Below are positions 11,098 to 19,762 of a stretch of 36,487 nucleotides of DNA, piece by piece. The DNA lies in NCBI GenBank assembly GCA_016780695.1, contig JADHLK010000001.1:1-36487 (forward strand), written 5' to 3'. Each line of letters begins with the position of its first letter. Position 1 is the first letter of the stretch. The notes beneath the pieces are model-generated. The model saw only the letters and a program-made list of their open reading frames with translations, was not told the origin of the DNA and did not search any database. Origin of the DNA: Alphaproteobacteria bacterium (GTDB lineage Bacteria > Pseudomonadota > Alphaproteobacteria > Puniceispirillales > Puniceispirillaceae). The translations under genes and the position numbers were made by a program.

Positions 11098-12201
11098 TCA
11101 AACGCGCATCGGCATCAGCACAAACAGGCTGTTATCATCACCCGGGGACCGGATCAGGCTGGGTGCGCTGGGATCCGCCAAATCCATCTGCATCATCTCC
11201 CCATCAATCTGAGAGGCGATTTCCAGCAGGTAGCGGGCATTAAAGCCGATTTCCAATTCCGGCCCGGCATAGTCAATCTCCAGCTCCTCAGTCGCGCTGG
11301 AGGCGTCCGGATTCTGGGCTGACAAGGTTACCAGGCCGGCAGACAGGGCCATCTTGACTGCCCGTGATTTCTCTGAGGAAATGGTTGAAACGCGATCTAC
11401 CGCCGCGGCAAACAGACCACAATCCAAGGCCACTATCTTCTCATTGCCAGACGGGATAACCCGCGTATAGTCGGGGAAGGAGCCATCGATCAGCTTGCTG
11501 GTCAGCCGCACCCCGCCAAAGGCAAATTCCGCCCGGCTGTCAGACAGTCCGATTTGCACCTCGCCCTCTTCATCATCCAGCAATTTACGCAGCTCGCTAA
11601 CCGCCTTGCGGGGCAGGATAACCGCCGGCATTTCTCCGGCACCGGCGGGCAAATCCATCCGGCTGAGCGCCAGACGATGCCCATCTGTTGCCACCGCACA
11701 GAGCTGGCCTGTCTCGGATTTATGCAGATAGATACCATTCAGATAATAGCGCGTCTCTTCGGTGGAGATAGCAAAACGGGTGGTATCCACCAGCGCGCAG
11801 AGATCGGCCGCGCTCAGCGCAAAATGAACAGGCAATTCAGCATTGCTGATCGCCGGAAAATCCTCAACCGGCAGGGTTGGCAGGCGAAAGCTGGAGCGGC
11901 CCGCGCTGATGCTGGCCTGACCATCGCTGATCGCTATTTCCACCTCAGCCCCGTCGGGCAGCTTGCGCACAATATCATTGAGCATATGGGCAGAAACCGT
12001 TGCCGCCCCCTCCTCAGAGACTGAACAGGCGATGGAGGTTACCACATCCATATCCATATCGGTCGCGGTCAGCGAGAGCTGGCCGGATTTTGCCTGCAAT
12101 ATCAGATTGGCCAGAATAGGAATGGTGTTACGGCGCTCCACAACCGAGCTGGCATGGCCAAGTGGGCGCAACAGGCTGGTTCTGTCGATGGCAAATCTCA
12201 T
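11098..12201 (-). CDS. dnaN: DNA polymerase III subunit beta (sliding clamp)
   Basis: The ATG at 12201 (MRFAIDRTSLLRPL...) is preceded by GGAGAA. It has the typical three-domain beta-clamp sequence and ends in LFVLMPMRV. The ORF-track start at 12285 is probably an over-extension. Confidence 0.95.
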   Translation of the reverse strand: MRFAIDRTSLLRPLGHASSVVERRNTIPILANLILQAKSGQLSLTATDMDMDVVTSIACSVSEEGAATVSAHMLNDIVRKLPDGAEVEIAISDGQASISAGRSSFRLPTLPVEDFPAISNAELPVHFALSAADLCALVDTTRFAISTEETRYYLNGIYLHKSETGQLCAVATDGHRLALSRMDLPAGAGEMPAVILPRKAVSELRKLLDDEEGEVQIGLSDSRAEFAFGGVRLTSKLIDGSFPDYTRVIPSGNEKIVALDCGLFAAAVDRVSTISSEKSRAVKMALSAGLVTLSAQNPDASSATEELEIDYAGPELEIGFNARYLLEIASQIDGEMMQMDLADPSAPSLIRSPGDDNSLFVLMPMRV

Positions 12202-12329
12202 CTCAGCGTTCTCCGCGGCTTGTTTGCGGTTGTTTTTCTTATTTTGGCATACAAAATATGGGAAGCCAAACGAAAATGGCCTCAATATATCGTTATTTAT
12301 ACCGCTGATTTCAGGGAGATTGGCAGGCT

Positions 12330-13739
12330 TCAGGCAGGCCCGTCAGCAAGCAGGGAGCGCAACAGCTGCACATCATCTGCAAGATGCGAATCCCTGGTCA
12401 TCAAATCTTCTATCGTGCGGACCGCGTGCATGATGGTTGTATGGTCCCGGCCACCGAATTGGCGGCCAATTTCCGGGTAGGAGGACGCGGTCAAATTCTT
12501 GGCCAGATACATGGCGATCTGGCGCGGACGAGAGATCTGGCGGGCCCGCCGGGCAGAGAACATATCGGCGGTGCGGATGGAAAAATGGCTGGCGACCCGT
12601 TTCTGAATATCCTCAATGCTGACGCTCCGGTTAGCCGCGCGCAACAGATCAGACAGGGTTTCTCTGGCTGATTCGACGGTTATCTCACGCCCGAACAGAT
12701 TGGCCCCGGCAACGATGCGGGTGAAAGCGCCTTCCAGCTCCCGGATATTGGTGGTGATTTGATGGGCCAGGAATTCCAGCACCTTGTCCGGCACAGCGAC
12801 CCCGCAATTATCGGCCCGCGATTGCAGGATACCCAGCCGCACCTCATAATTAGCCGGGTGAATATCTGCCACCAGCCCCCAGCCAAGGCGCGAGCGCAGC
12901 CGCTCTTCCATCCCCAGCAGGTCGGTCGGCGATTTGTCGGCGGACAAAACCACCTGCCGGCCATCCTCTACCAGCGCATTGAAAGTGTGGAAAAATTCTT
13001 CCTGGGTTGATTCCTTGTCGGCGATGAATTGCACATCATCAATCATCAGCATATCCACTGACCGGAACTGCTCTTTGAAAGACATCATATCCTGATGGCG
13101 CAACGCATTGACAAAGCGATACATGAAAGTTTCAGCAGACAGATAAGCGATTTTGCGCTGTGGGTAGCGCGCGCGCATTTCCCAGGCGATGGCGTGCATC
13201 AAATGCGTCTTGCCCAGACCCACCCCGCCATAGAGGAACAGCGGATTATACACTGTGGAGTCTGATTCAGCCACCCGCCGGGCTGCCGCAAAGGCCAGCT
13301 CATTGGGCTTGCCCACGACAAAATTGGCAAAGGTCAGGCGCGGATCCAAACCATGTGCGGGCCGCGTGCCCGTAACTGCTGGCGCATTTTCAGTAAAGCG
13401 CGGCGGCGGCTCTCGTTGCGGGTTATTCGCCAGCACCACATCTATCCGCTCTATATCAGCGCGCAGGGAATGGGCGTGAATCCGCAACCGGTCAATATAG
13501 CCGGCATTGACCCGTTCCCGGGTCAGGCGGTTATCCGTACTCAGCTGCAGCTCGCCTGCCTCTATGGCCCGAATATGCAAGGGCCTGATCCAGCTGCGCC
13601 AGGCCGCCTCGCCAATATCGGCGCGCATCCGTTCGGAAACCTGTTTCCAGAAAGCGGCCAGTTCCGGCTGGCTCTCTGTGGCAGCTGTGCCCTGTTGTGG
13701 AGAGCTTTTTTGCAAGTTCGGTTCATCTCTGTAGGTCAC
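12330..13739 (-). CDS. dnaA: chromosomal replication initiator protein DnaA
   Basis: AAA+ Walker A GGVGLGKTHL, the DnaA signature and the C-terminal box-binding helix GGRDHTTIMHA. The GTG at 13739 sits 6 nt after a strong GAGGAGGG (13753-13746, minus strand). The ORF-track start is the TTG at 13784. Confidence 0.95.
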   Translation of the reverse strand: MTYRDEPNLQKSSPQQGTAATESQPELAAFWKQVSERMRADIGEAAWRSWIRPLHIRAIEAGELQLSTDNRLTRERVNAGYIDRLRIHAHSLRADIERIDVVLANNPQREPPPRFTENAPAVTGTRPAHGLDPRLTFANFVVGKPNELAFAAARRVAESDSTVYNPLFLYGGVGLGKTHLMHAIAWEMRARYPQRKIAYLSAETFMYRFVNALRHQDMMSFKEQFRSVDMLMIDDVQFIADKESTQEEFFHTFNALVEDGRQVVLSADKSPTDLLGMEERLRSRLGWGLVADIHPANYEVRLGILQSRADNCGVAVPDKVLEFLAHQITTNIRELEGAFTRIVAGANLFGREITVESARETLSDLLRAANRSVSIEDIQKRVASHFSIRTADMFSARRARQISRPRQIAMYLAKNLTASSYPEIGRQFGGRDHTTIMHAVRTIEDLMTRDSHLADDVQLLRSLLADGPA

Positions 13740-13784
13740 GAACAGCCCTCCTCTCAAAGTCTGCTGGTTATAGTCAGAGGCCAA

Positions 13785-13812
13785 TAGATGCTATCAGCTA
13801 GATGCTATCAGC
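13785..13812. repeat. perfect 14-bp direct tandem repeat TAGATGCTATCAGC x2 in the dnaA leader
   Basis: Read directly: 13785-13798 is identical to 13799-13812. It lies immediately 5' of the longest possible dnaA start. Confidence 0.95.
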
Positions 13813-14102
13813 CGGTTTGAGTCCCAGACCGCCAGAAGCGACCTTCATGCCCCACAGAAAGCCGGGCCAGACAACATCAAAAATTAACGAAAAAGCAGGT
13901 CGGATAGCAAGGGCTGAATCGCCTTGCGGGGAAAATATATTTGCCCAAAACACAGATTTTTTTCTTGACAGCCCGCCCCGGCATATCAGGCCCAAAGGAC
14001 ACGCCAAAGCCGCTAAACCATATTCTTTTCAAGGGGATTCCGCAGGCCGAATCACCCTTTGCCGAGACAAAGCCATGCGCCAGCCCGCTATGTCTGAAAG
14101 GC

Positions 14103-14132
14103 CAAACAAAAAGCCCTGCCGGAAAGCAGGGC
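14103..14132 (-). terminator. rho-independent terminator downstream of rpsT
   Basis: On the minus strand this reads GCCCTGC-TTTCCG-GCAGGGC followed by TTTTTGTTTGG. Stems are at 14113-14119 and 14126-14132. Confidence 0.7.
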
Positions 14133-14179
14133 CTGGTCTGGTTGGTGAGATACTGGCACAGAGGGCCAGACCTCTGTTG

Positions 14180-14449
14180 TTAGCTGACACTCAGCAGCTT
14201 GATTCGCTGGGCCAGTCTGGACATTTTGCGCGAGGCTGTATTTTTGTGCAGAACGCCTTTGGTCACGCCGCGCATAATCTCAGGCTGGGCCACGCGCAGG
14301 GCTTCTTTGGCATTGGCCCCATCGCCGATAGCGATTGCTTTTTCCACCTTCTTGATAAAGGTGCGCACCCGGCTGATCCGGCTCTTGTTGATTTCGGCGC
14401 GGTGCGCGTTGCGGCGAATCCGCTTTTTGGCTGATTTGTGATTTGCCAT
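14180..14449 (-). CDS. rpsT: 30S ribosomal protein S20
   Basis: 89 aa, [36 protein letters not shown], a typical S20. Confidence 0.97.
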   Translation of the reverse strand: MANHKSAKKRIRRNAHRAEINKSRISRVRTFIKKVEKAIAIGDGANAKEALRVAQPEIMRGVTKGVLHKNTASRKMSRLAQRIKLLSVS

Positions 14450-14510
14450 ATCAGGCCCTCACTGCAAAATGAAACTATCGAAGTTATTGCCAAACGCAAT
14501 ACTGGCCGCG

Positions 14511-14540
14511 CTTATAGGGTAGAAACCGCCCGCCAGTCAA
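14511..14540 (-). promoter_or_regulatory. candidate sigma70-type promoter for rpsT
   Basis: On the minus strand, TTGACT (14540-14535), an 18-nt spacer, then TATAAG (14516-14511), about 60 nt upstream of the rpsT ATG. Confidence 0.45.
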
Positions 14541-14571
14541 GGTTTTTCTTGTTTTTTGCCAAGCATGGCTA

Positions 14572-15018
14572 TCAGGGCTGGCGGGGGGTGAGGGCGATTT
14601 TCCAGATACGGCCAGCCGAGCTGTTCGCCGCCTTTATTTCCAGCTGCTCCGGGCCGCGTTGAAACAGGCCGCCTGCGCCTTGCCAGCCAAGGGCCAAGAG
14701 GCTGCTGGCATAAAAATCCAGAACAGCTGAATTGGTCTGCGGGCTGCGCGCATAAAGCACGATGATTCGGCCAGCAGGAGAATCAAAGCTGAAGCCCAAA
14801 TCCTGTTCCAGCTGCATATCCGGCATCAGCGGAATATCGGCCACGAAGCGGCCTTCGGCGCGCACCGGCTGGGCCATCATCGAGACCAGCAAAAAGCCCA
14901 GCAGAGCCGCTACCAGTCTGATACCCGCCAAGTTGATACCAGGCAAGTTGATACCAATCAGCTGGCGAAGGCGGGTCGCCAGATGCGCCCTGATTGCTGT
15001 CTCTGTTATCACGATCAT
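14572..15018 (-). CDS. hypothetical exported or membrane-anchored protein
   Basis: ORF track gives 14572..15132, but that N-terminus overlaps mutM. The first ATG after the mutM stop is at 15018. A hydrophobic segment IRLVAALLGFLLVSMMAQPVRA-EG resembles a signal peptide or anchor. No family recognised. Confidence 0.5.
   Translation of the reverse strand: MIVITETAIRAHLATRLRQLIGINLPGINLAGIRLVAALLGFLLVSMMAQPVRAEGRFVADIPLMPDMQLEQDLGFSFDSPAGRIIVLYARSPQTNSAVLDFYASSLLALGWQGAGGLFQRGPEQLEIKAANSSAGRIWKIALTPRQP
14920..14960. repeat. imperfect 15-bp tandem repeat, about 2.7 copies, inside the hypothetical gene
   Basis: GATACCCGCCAAGTT, GATACCAGGCAAGTT, GATACCAATCA read directly. It encodes INLPGINLAGI in the protein. 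Confidence 0.8.
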
Positions 15019-15031
15019 GCAGCCAGTATCG

Positions 15032-15868
15032 CTATCTTTGGCAGGAAGGGCAATAAAAACCCGACCGGCTTGATTGGCGCAGCATCCGAATCGGAGTGGC
15101 ACAGGCCGGGCAGGGCGCATCTTTTTTGCCATAGACCTTCAGCTTTTGCACAAAATAGCCAATTTCGCCATTTGGCTGGCGATGGTCGCGCAGGCTGGTT
15201 CCGCCCTGTTCAATGGCTTCCAGCAACACTTGGCGGATAGCGCTGGCCAGCCGCTGTGCCCTCTGCGGGCCGATGCTGGCAGCCTTGCGCCTCGGTGAGA
15301 TACCAGCCCTAAACAGCGCCTCACTGACATATATATTGCCCAGCCCGGCAATCAGGCGTTGATCCAGCAAGGCTGTCTTGACCGGGCTTTTGCGGCCCGC
15401 CATCAGCTGCTGCAAAAGCGCAGCAGAAAAACGGTTGGAGAGCGGCTCCACCCCCATCTCACGCAGCAGCCAGTGGCGCGTCTCCTCACCGGCTGGCACC
15501 CAGTCCAGATGGCCAAAGCGGCGCGGGTCGCAAAATATCCAGCTGTGCTGGCTGGCCAACTGCATGATCACATGATCATGCGGCCCCAAATCGGAAAGGC
15601 CAGAATCAGCAGGCGTCTCACAAATCCGCACCGCCCCGCTCATCCCCAGATGCAAGAGCAGGCTGCCTGTCTCTCCGGCTGGCAGCAGGATATATTTACC
15701 GCGCCGCTGCGGCCGGCCCATGATCTGGCCGCTGACCCGTTCAGCCAGACCAGCCGGAAAGGGCCAGCGCAAATCTGGCCGCCGCAAATGCAGTTTTTCC
15801 ACCTTCTGGCCGGTTACAACCGCCTCTAAAGCAGTTCGGACAGTTTCCACCTCTGGCAGTTCGGGCAT
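15032..15868 (-). CDS. mutM: formamidopyrimidine-DNA glycosylase
   Basis: The start MPELPEVETVR (catalytic N-terminal Pro) fixes the ATG at 15868. C-terminal zinc finger CPACATPI...YCPSCQR. Confidence 0.95.
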   Translation of the reverse strand: MPELPEVETVRTALEAVVTGQKVEKLHLRRPDLRWPFPAGLAERVSGQIMGRPQRRGKYILLPAGETGSLLLHLGMSGAVRICETPADSGLSDLGPHDHVIMQLASQHSWIFCDPRRFGHLDWVPAGEETRHWLLREMGVEPLSNRFSAALLQQLMAGRKSPVKTALLDQRLIAGLGNIYVSEALFRAGISPRRKAASIGPQRAQRLASAIRQVLLEAIEQGGTSLRDHRQPNGEIGYFVQKLKVYGKKDAPCPACATPIRMLRQSSRSGFYCPSCQR

Positions 15869-15947
15869 GGTTTTCATCTTTCTTTTCAGCCTGTCGCTGA
15901 TATAAAGGTCAGGCAGCCCGCGTCAAGTCACCAGTTAAGACGGAAAA

Positions 15948-16742
15948 GTGATGAACAAGACTTCCCGCCAGCCAGCGGGGCAAGAGACAAAAGCCCTTGC
16001 CGAGGAGGAGCTGATTGATTTCGGCTTTCAGGAGGTCGCACGCGCCGACAAGCAGGACCGGGTGCGTGCGGTGTTTGATTCCGTCGCCCCTTCCTATGAT
16101 CTGATGAATGATGTCATGAGCCTTGGTGTGCATCGGCTCTGGAAAGAGGCGCTGATTGACTGGCTGGCCCCGCAACCGGGCCAGAAGCTGGTCGATCTGG
16201 CAGGCGGCACAGGCGATATAGCCTTGCGTTTTCTGCGCCGCGGCGGCGGTGAGGTGCTGGTGGTCGATATTAATGAGCAAATGCTGCAGGCCGGCCGCAA
16301 GAGGCGCGACCTGCGCCGCCATGCAGACCGAATCAGCTGGCAGGTGGGCAATGCCGAAAAGCTGGCGGTTGAGACAGCCAGCGCGGATCGGGTAACCATC
16401 GCCTTTGGGCTGCGCAATGTTACCGACCGGCAGGCCGCCCTCGGTGAAGCCTGGCGCATCTTAAAGCCGGGCGGGCGGTTTTGCTGTCTGGAATTTTCCC
16501 ATGTCAGCAATGCCATGCTGGCGCGGCTTTATGATCGCTGGTCGTTCGGCATCCTGCCCCGATTGGGCGGGGTGATTGCCCGGGACCGCGCCGCCTATCA
16601 ATATCTGGTCGAATCGATACGCCGCTTTCCCAGTCAGGCTGAACTGGCCGGAATGCTTGCAGAAGCCGGCTTTGCCCAGGTGCGGGTGCGGCCTCTCTCC
16701 GGCGGGATAGCTGCCATTCATTCAGGCTGGAAGCTAGACTGA
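15948..16742 (+). CDS. ubiE: ubiquinone/menaquinone biosynthesis C-methyltransferase UbiE
   Basis: VFDSVAPSYDLMNDVMSLGVHRLWK and the SAM motif LVDLAGGTGD. The start is GTG at 15948 or ATG at 15951. Confidence 0.92.
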   Translation: MMNKTSRQPAGQETKALAEEELIDFGFQEVARADKQDRVRAVFDSVAPSYDLMNDVMSLGVHRLWKEALIDWLAPQPGQKLVDLAGGTGDIALRFLRRGGGEVLVVDINEQMLQAGRKRRDLRRHADRISWQVGNAEKLAVETASADRVTIAFGLRNVTDRQAALGEAWRILKPGGRFCCLEFSHVSNAMLARLYDRWSFGILPRLGGVIARDRAAYQYLVESIRRFPSQAELAGMLAEAGFAQVRVRPLSGGIAAIHSGWKLD

Positions 16743-18265
16743 TGCGACGGGTTCTGGTGCTGGTCAGATTGCCGGGAATTGCCTTTGCGCTGGGCCGCGC
16801 CGGGGTGCTGGGGCATATTGCCCGATTGCCGCAACTGCCGGGCTGGCTGGCCGGGCTGTGCCGTTTTATTGACCGGGTGATGGCGGGGCGGCGCACGGAT
16901 ATTCAGGCCGGGGCCGCCCTGTGCGAGGCGCTGCAAGCGCTGGGGCCTGCCTTTATCAAATTTGGCCAGGCGCTATCCACCCGCTCTGATTTGCTGGGGC
17001 CGGATATTGCGGGCGGGCTGACCTTGCTGCAGGATCAGCTGCCTGCTTTTCCGGCCACCCGCGCGCGCGCGCTGATTGAAGAGGAAACCGGCCGCCCGCT
17101 GCAGGAGAGTTTTGCTGAATTTGAGGCTGAGCCAGTCGCCGCCGCCTCTGTTGCCCAGGTTCATAAGGCCCGGCTGCAGGATGGGCGCTGGGTTGCGGTC
17201 AAGCTGTTGCGGCCCGGTATCCATCAGCGCATGGCCCGCGATATCCGCCTGTTTGATATGCTGGCCGGGCTGGTAGAATGGGCGGCACCGGGCCTGCGGC
17301 GGCTGAAGCTGCGCGAGGCAGTGCGGCAATTTGAGACAATTTCCGAAATTGAGCTTGATCTGCGTATGGAGGCGGCGGCTGGCGGCAAGCTGGCCGATAA
17401 TCTGGCCGCTGATGCCGGGGTGCGCGTGCCCTGGATCGATTTGCAGAACAGCACGGCCAATATGCTGATTTCCGAATGGATAGACGGGCGGCGCATAGAT
17501 GATCGGGTCGGGCTGCTGGCGGCTGGCCATGATATTTCGGTTTTGACCGAGCGCGCGGCAGACAGTTTTTTCAAACAGGTCTTTCGGGATGGCTATTTTC
17601 ACGCCGATATGCACCCCGGCAATATTCTGGTCGCTGAGGATGGTGTGCTGGTGCCGATAGATTTCGGCATTATGGGGCATCTGGAGCTGGGAGACCGTCT
17701 GTTTTTGGCAGAATTGCTGCTGGCCATGCTGGATCGCGATTATGACCGGCTGGCCAGCCTGCATGAAGAGGCGGGTATGCTGTCTGCTGAGGTGGAGCTG
17801 GCACAATTTGCCCAGAGCCTGCGCGCCGTAGTGGAGCCAGTGCTGGGCAAAAATCTGGGCGAGATAGAGCTGGGCCGGGCGCTAGGCCAGATTTTGCAGA
17901 TTTCGGCCCGCTTCAATATCGCGGTGCAGCCGCAATTCAACCTGTTGCAAAAAACCCTCGGCATGGCAGAAGGGGTGGCAAGAGAGCTGTCACCCGGCTC
18001 CAATATCTGGGAGCTGGCAGGCCCGCTGGCCGCCGACTGGAAAGCCGGACAGACCGGGCTGCGGCTGCGCGTTGCCCGCACCGTCCAAGATTTGGCAAAG
18101 CTGGTGCGCCTGTTGCCCGATTTTCTGGAGCAGCTGGAACGCCAGCAGAACAGCCCGCCAGCACCCAGCCGCCCGGCCAGCGGCTGGGCGCTGTGGGCCG
18201 CCGGACTGGCCGGAATCGCAGGCGGCATTTTGCTCACCCTTGCCTTGCTGGGGCTGATGCAATAG
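16742..18265 (+). CDS. ubiB: UbiB (ABC1/ADCK-type kinase-like ubiquinone biosynthesis protein)
   Basis: ALGPAFIKFGQALSTRSDLL, AAASVAQVHKA and FHADMHPGNI motifs, with a C-terminal TM segment. Its start overlaps the ubiE stop (TGATG at 16740-16744). Confidence 0.92.
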   Translation: MRRVLVLVRLPGIAFALGRAGVLGHIARLPQLPGWLAGLCRFIDRVMAGRRTDIQAGAALCEALQALGPAFIKFGQALSTRSDLLGPDIAGGLTLLQDQLPAFPATRARALIEEETGRPLQESFAEFEAEPVAAASVAQVHKARLQDGRWVAVKLLRPGIHQRMARDIRLFDMLAGLVEWAAPGLRRLKLREAVRQFETISEIELDLRMEAAAGGKLADNLAADAGVRVPWIDLQNSTANMLISEWIDGRRIDDRVGLLAAGHDISVLTERAADSFFKQVFRDGYFHADMHPGNILVAEDGVLVPIDFGIMGHLELGDRLFLAELLLAMLDRDYDRLASLHEEAGMLSAEVELAQFAQSLRAVVEPVLGKNLGEIELGRALGQILQISARFNIAVQPQFNLLQKTLGMAEGVARELSPGSNIWELAGPLAADWKAGQTGLRLRVARTVQDLAKLVRLLPDFLEQLERQQNSPPAPSRPASGWALWAAGLAGIAGGILLTLALLGLMQ

Positions 18266-18313
18266 ACTGGCCTTGTGAAATATTCACATTTTTGTGAAAA
18301 CAAGGGGATTGTC

Positions 18314-19762
18314 ATGCGATTTGCCCGTAATTTTGAACATCTGATTGCCTTGCTGGGGGGCAGTGAGGCGGTGCAGGCGCGGCTGGGGGTGGGGCCGAGT
18401 GCGCTGTCCAATTACAAGGCGCGGGCCAGCCTGCCGGCGACAAAGTTCGATCTGTTGGCAGAGGCGGCGCGCCAGGCTGGCTGGCAGCTGGACCCGGACA
18501 CGCTGGCATTGGCCCCGCTGGCGGGGATGCGGCCTGTTGTGCTATTGATTGTGACCGGCGGCATCGCAGCCTATAAGGGGCTGGATTTGGCCCGCCGCCT
18601 GATGGATCAGGGCTGCCAGCTACGAGCAGTGATGACGCGCGGGGCCCAGCAATTTATCACCCCCCTGTCGCTTTCCGCCCTGATCGGAGAGAAAGTCTAT
18701 ACAGATTTGTTTGATCTGACCGATGAGGCGGAGATGGGCCATATTAATCTGGCGCGTTCAGCCGATCTGGTGCTGGTCGCTCCGGCCAGTGCGCATTTCA
18801 TGGCCAAGCTGGCCCACGGTCTGGCAGATGATCTGGCCAGCACCCTCTGTCTGGCGAGCGAGGCCCCTCTCCTGCTGGCCCCGGCGATGAACCCGGTGAT
18901 GTGGGCCAGTCAGGCCACCCGCGACAATCATGATCTGCTGATCAGGCGCGGGGTGCAAATGGTTCAGCCTGCCGATGGCGATATGGCCTGTGGAGAGACC
19001 GGCACTGGCCGTCTGGCAGAAGTGCCAGATATTGTCCGGGCGGCGCTGGCCGCACTGGCCGGTGGGGGCAGAATTATCCAGCCAGCAAAAACCGCTTCTC
19101 TGGCCGGACGGCATATCCTTGTCACCTCCGGGCCAACGCATGAGCCGATTGATCAGGTGCGCTATATCGCCAACCGATCCTCTGGCCGTCAAGGCCATGC
19201 GATCGCCGCCGCCTGTGTTGCGCGGGGGGCGCAGGTAACCCTGATCAGCGGCCCGGTTTCCCTGCCAGCCCCGCATGGGGTGCGGCTGGTGCAAGTCGAA
19301 ACCGCAGATGAGATGATGGCAGCAGCTGAGGCCGCCTTGCCAGCTGATATTGCAGTCTGTGCGGCGGCGGTAGCCGATTGGCGGGTGGAAAATGCTGCCT
19401 CTGGCAAGCTGAAAAAACAGGCAGGTGGCCCGCCGGAGATGAGGCTGGTTGAGAATCCGGATATTCTGGCCAGCCTGTCCAACCATCCCCGCCGCCCGCA
19501 GCTGGTGGTCGGCTTTGCCGCAGAAACCGACACTCTCATCGACCATGCCCGGGTGAAACTGGCAAAAAAAGGCTGTGACTGGATTCTGGCCAATCAGGTG
19601 GCTCAGGAACAGGGGCTGGTTTTTGGGGCTGAGCATAATCAGGTAGTGCTGATCTCCAACGCGCCGCCGGAAATCTGGCCGGAACAAGACAAGCAGGCGA
19701 TTGCCGAAAGGCTGGCTGATCAGATGGCTGACAGTCTGGCCCGACCGGATGCAGCGCAATGA
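18314..19762 (+). CDS. coaBC: bifunctional phosphopantothenoylcysteine decarboxylase/phosphopantothenate-cysteine ligase CoaBC, possibly with an N-terminal HTH extension
   Basis: The canonical CoaBC core starts at [17 protein letters not shown] (ATG 18527) and has the PAMN and ITSGPT-like ([12 protein letters not shown]) motifs. The reading frame stays open upstream to ATG 18314 (RBS-like AAGGGGA) and GTG 18275. The start is uncertain (see findings). Confidence 0.88.
   Translation: MRFARNFEHLIALLGGSEAVQARLGVGPSALSNYKARASLPATKFDLLAEAARQAGWQLDPDTLALAPLAGMRPVVLLIVTGGIAAYKGLDLARRLMDQGCQLRAVMTRGAQQFITPLSLSALIGEKVYTDLFDLTDEAEMGHINLARSADLVLVAPASAHFMAKLAHGLADDLASTLCLASEAPLLLAPAMNPVMWASQATRDNHDLLIRRGVQMVQPADGDMACGETGTGRLAEVPDIVRAALAALAGGGRIIQPAKTASLAGRHILVTSGPTHEPIDQVRYIANRSSGRQGHAIAAACVARGAQVTLISGPVSLPAPHGVRLVQVETADEMMAAAEAALPADIAVCAAAVADWRVENAASGKLKKQAGGPPEMRLVENPDILASLSNHPRRPQLVVGFAAETDTLIDHARVKLAKKGCDWILANQVAQEQGLVFGAEHNQVVLISNAPPEIWPEQDKQAIAERLADQMADSLARPDAAQ

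Noticed and set aside
12202-12329. AT-rich 128-bp dnaA-dnaN spacer considered as a possible oriC, as in Firmicutes or Actinobacteria. The dnaA upstream region (13740-14102) was considered as well.
   Set aside because: I could not find TTATCCACA-like DnaA boxes with two or fewer mismatches in either region, and there is no box cluster or obvious 13-mer DUE array. In alphaproteobacteria oriC is usually elsewhere, classically near hemE. The spacer contains a plausible dnaN RBS and promoter only.
13802-14434. 210-aa plus-strand ORF spanning the dnaA-rpsT intergenic region and running antisense through rpsT.
   Set aside because: It crosses a terminator hairpin and a promoter region and is antisense to a ribosomal protein gene. 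It has no motifs or RBS, so it is most likely spurious.
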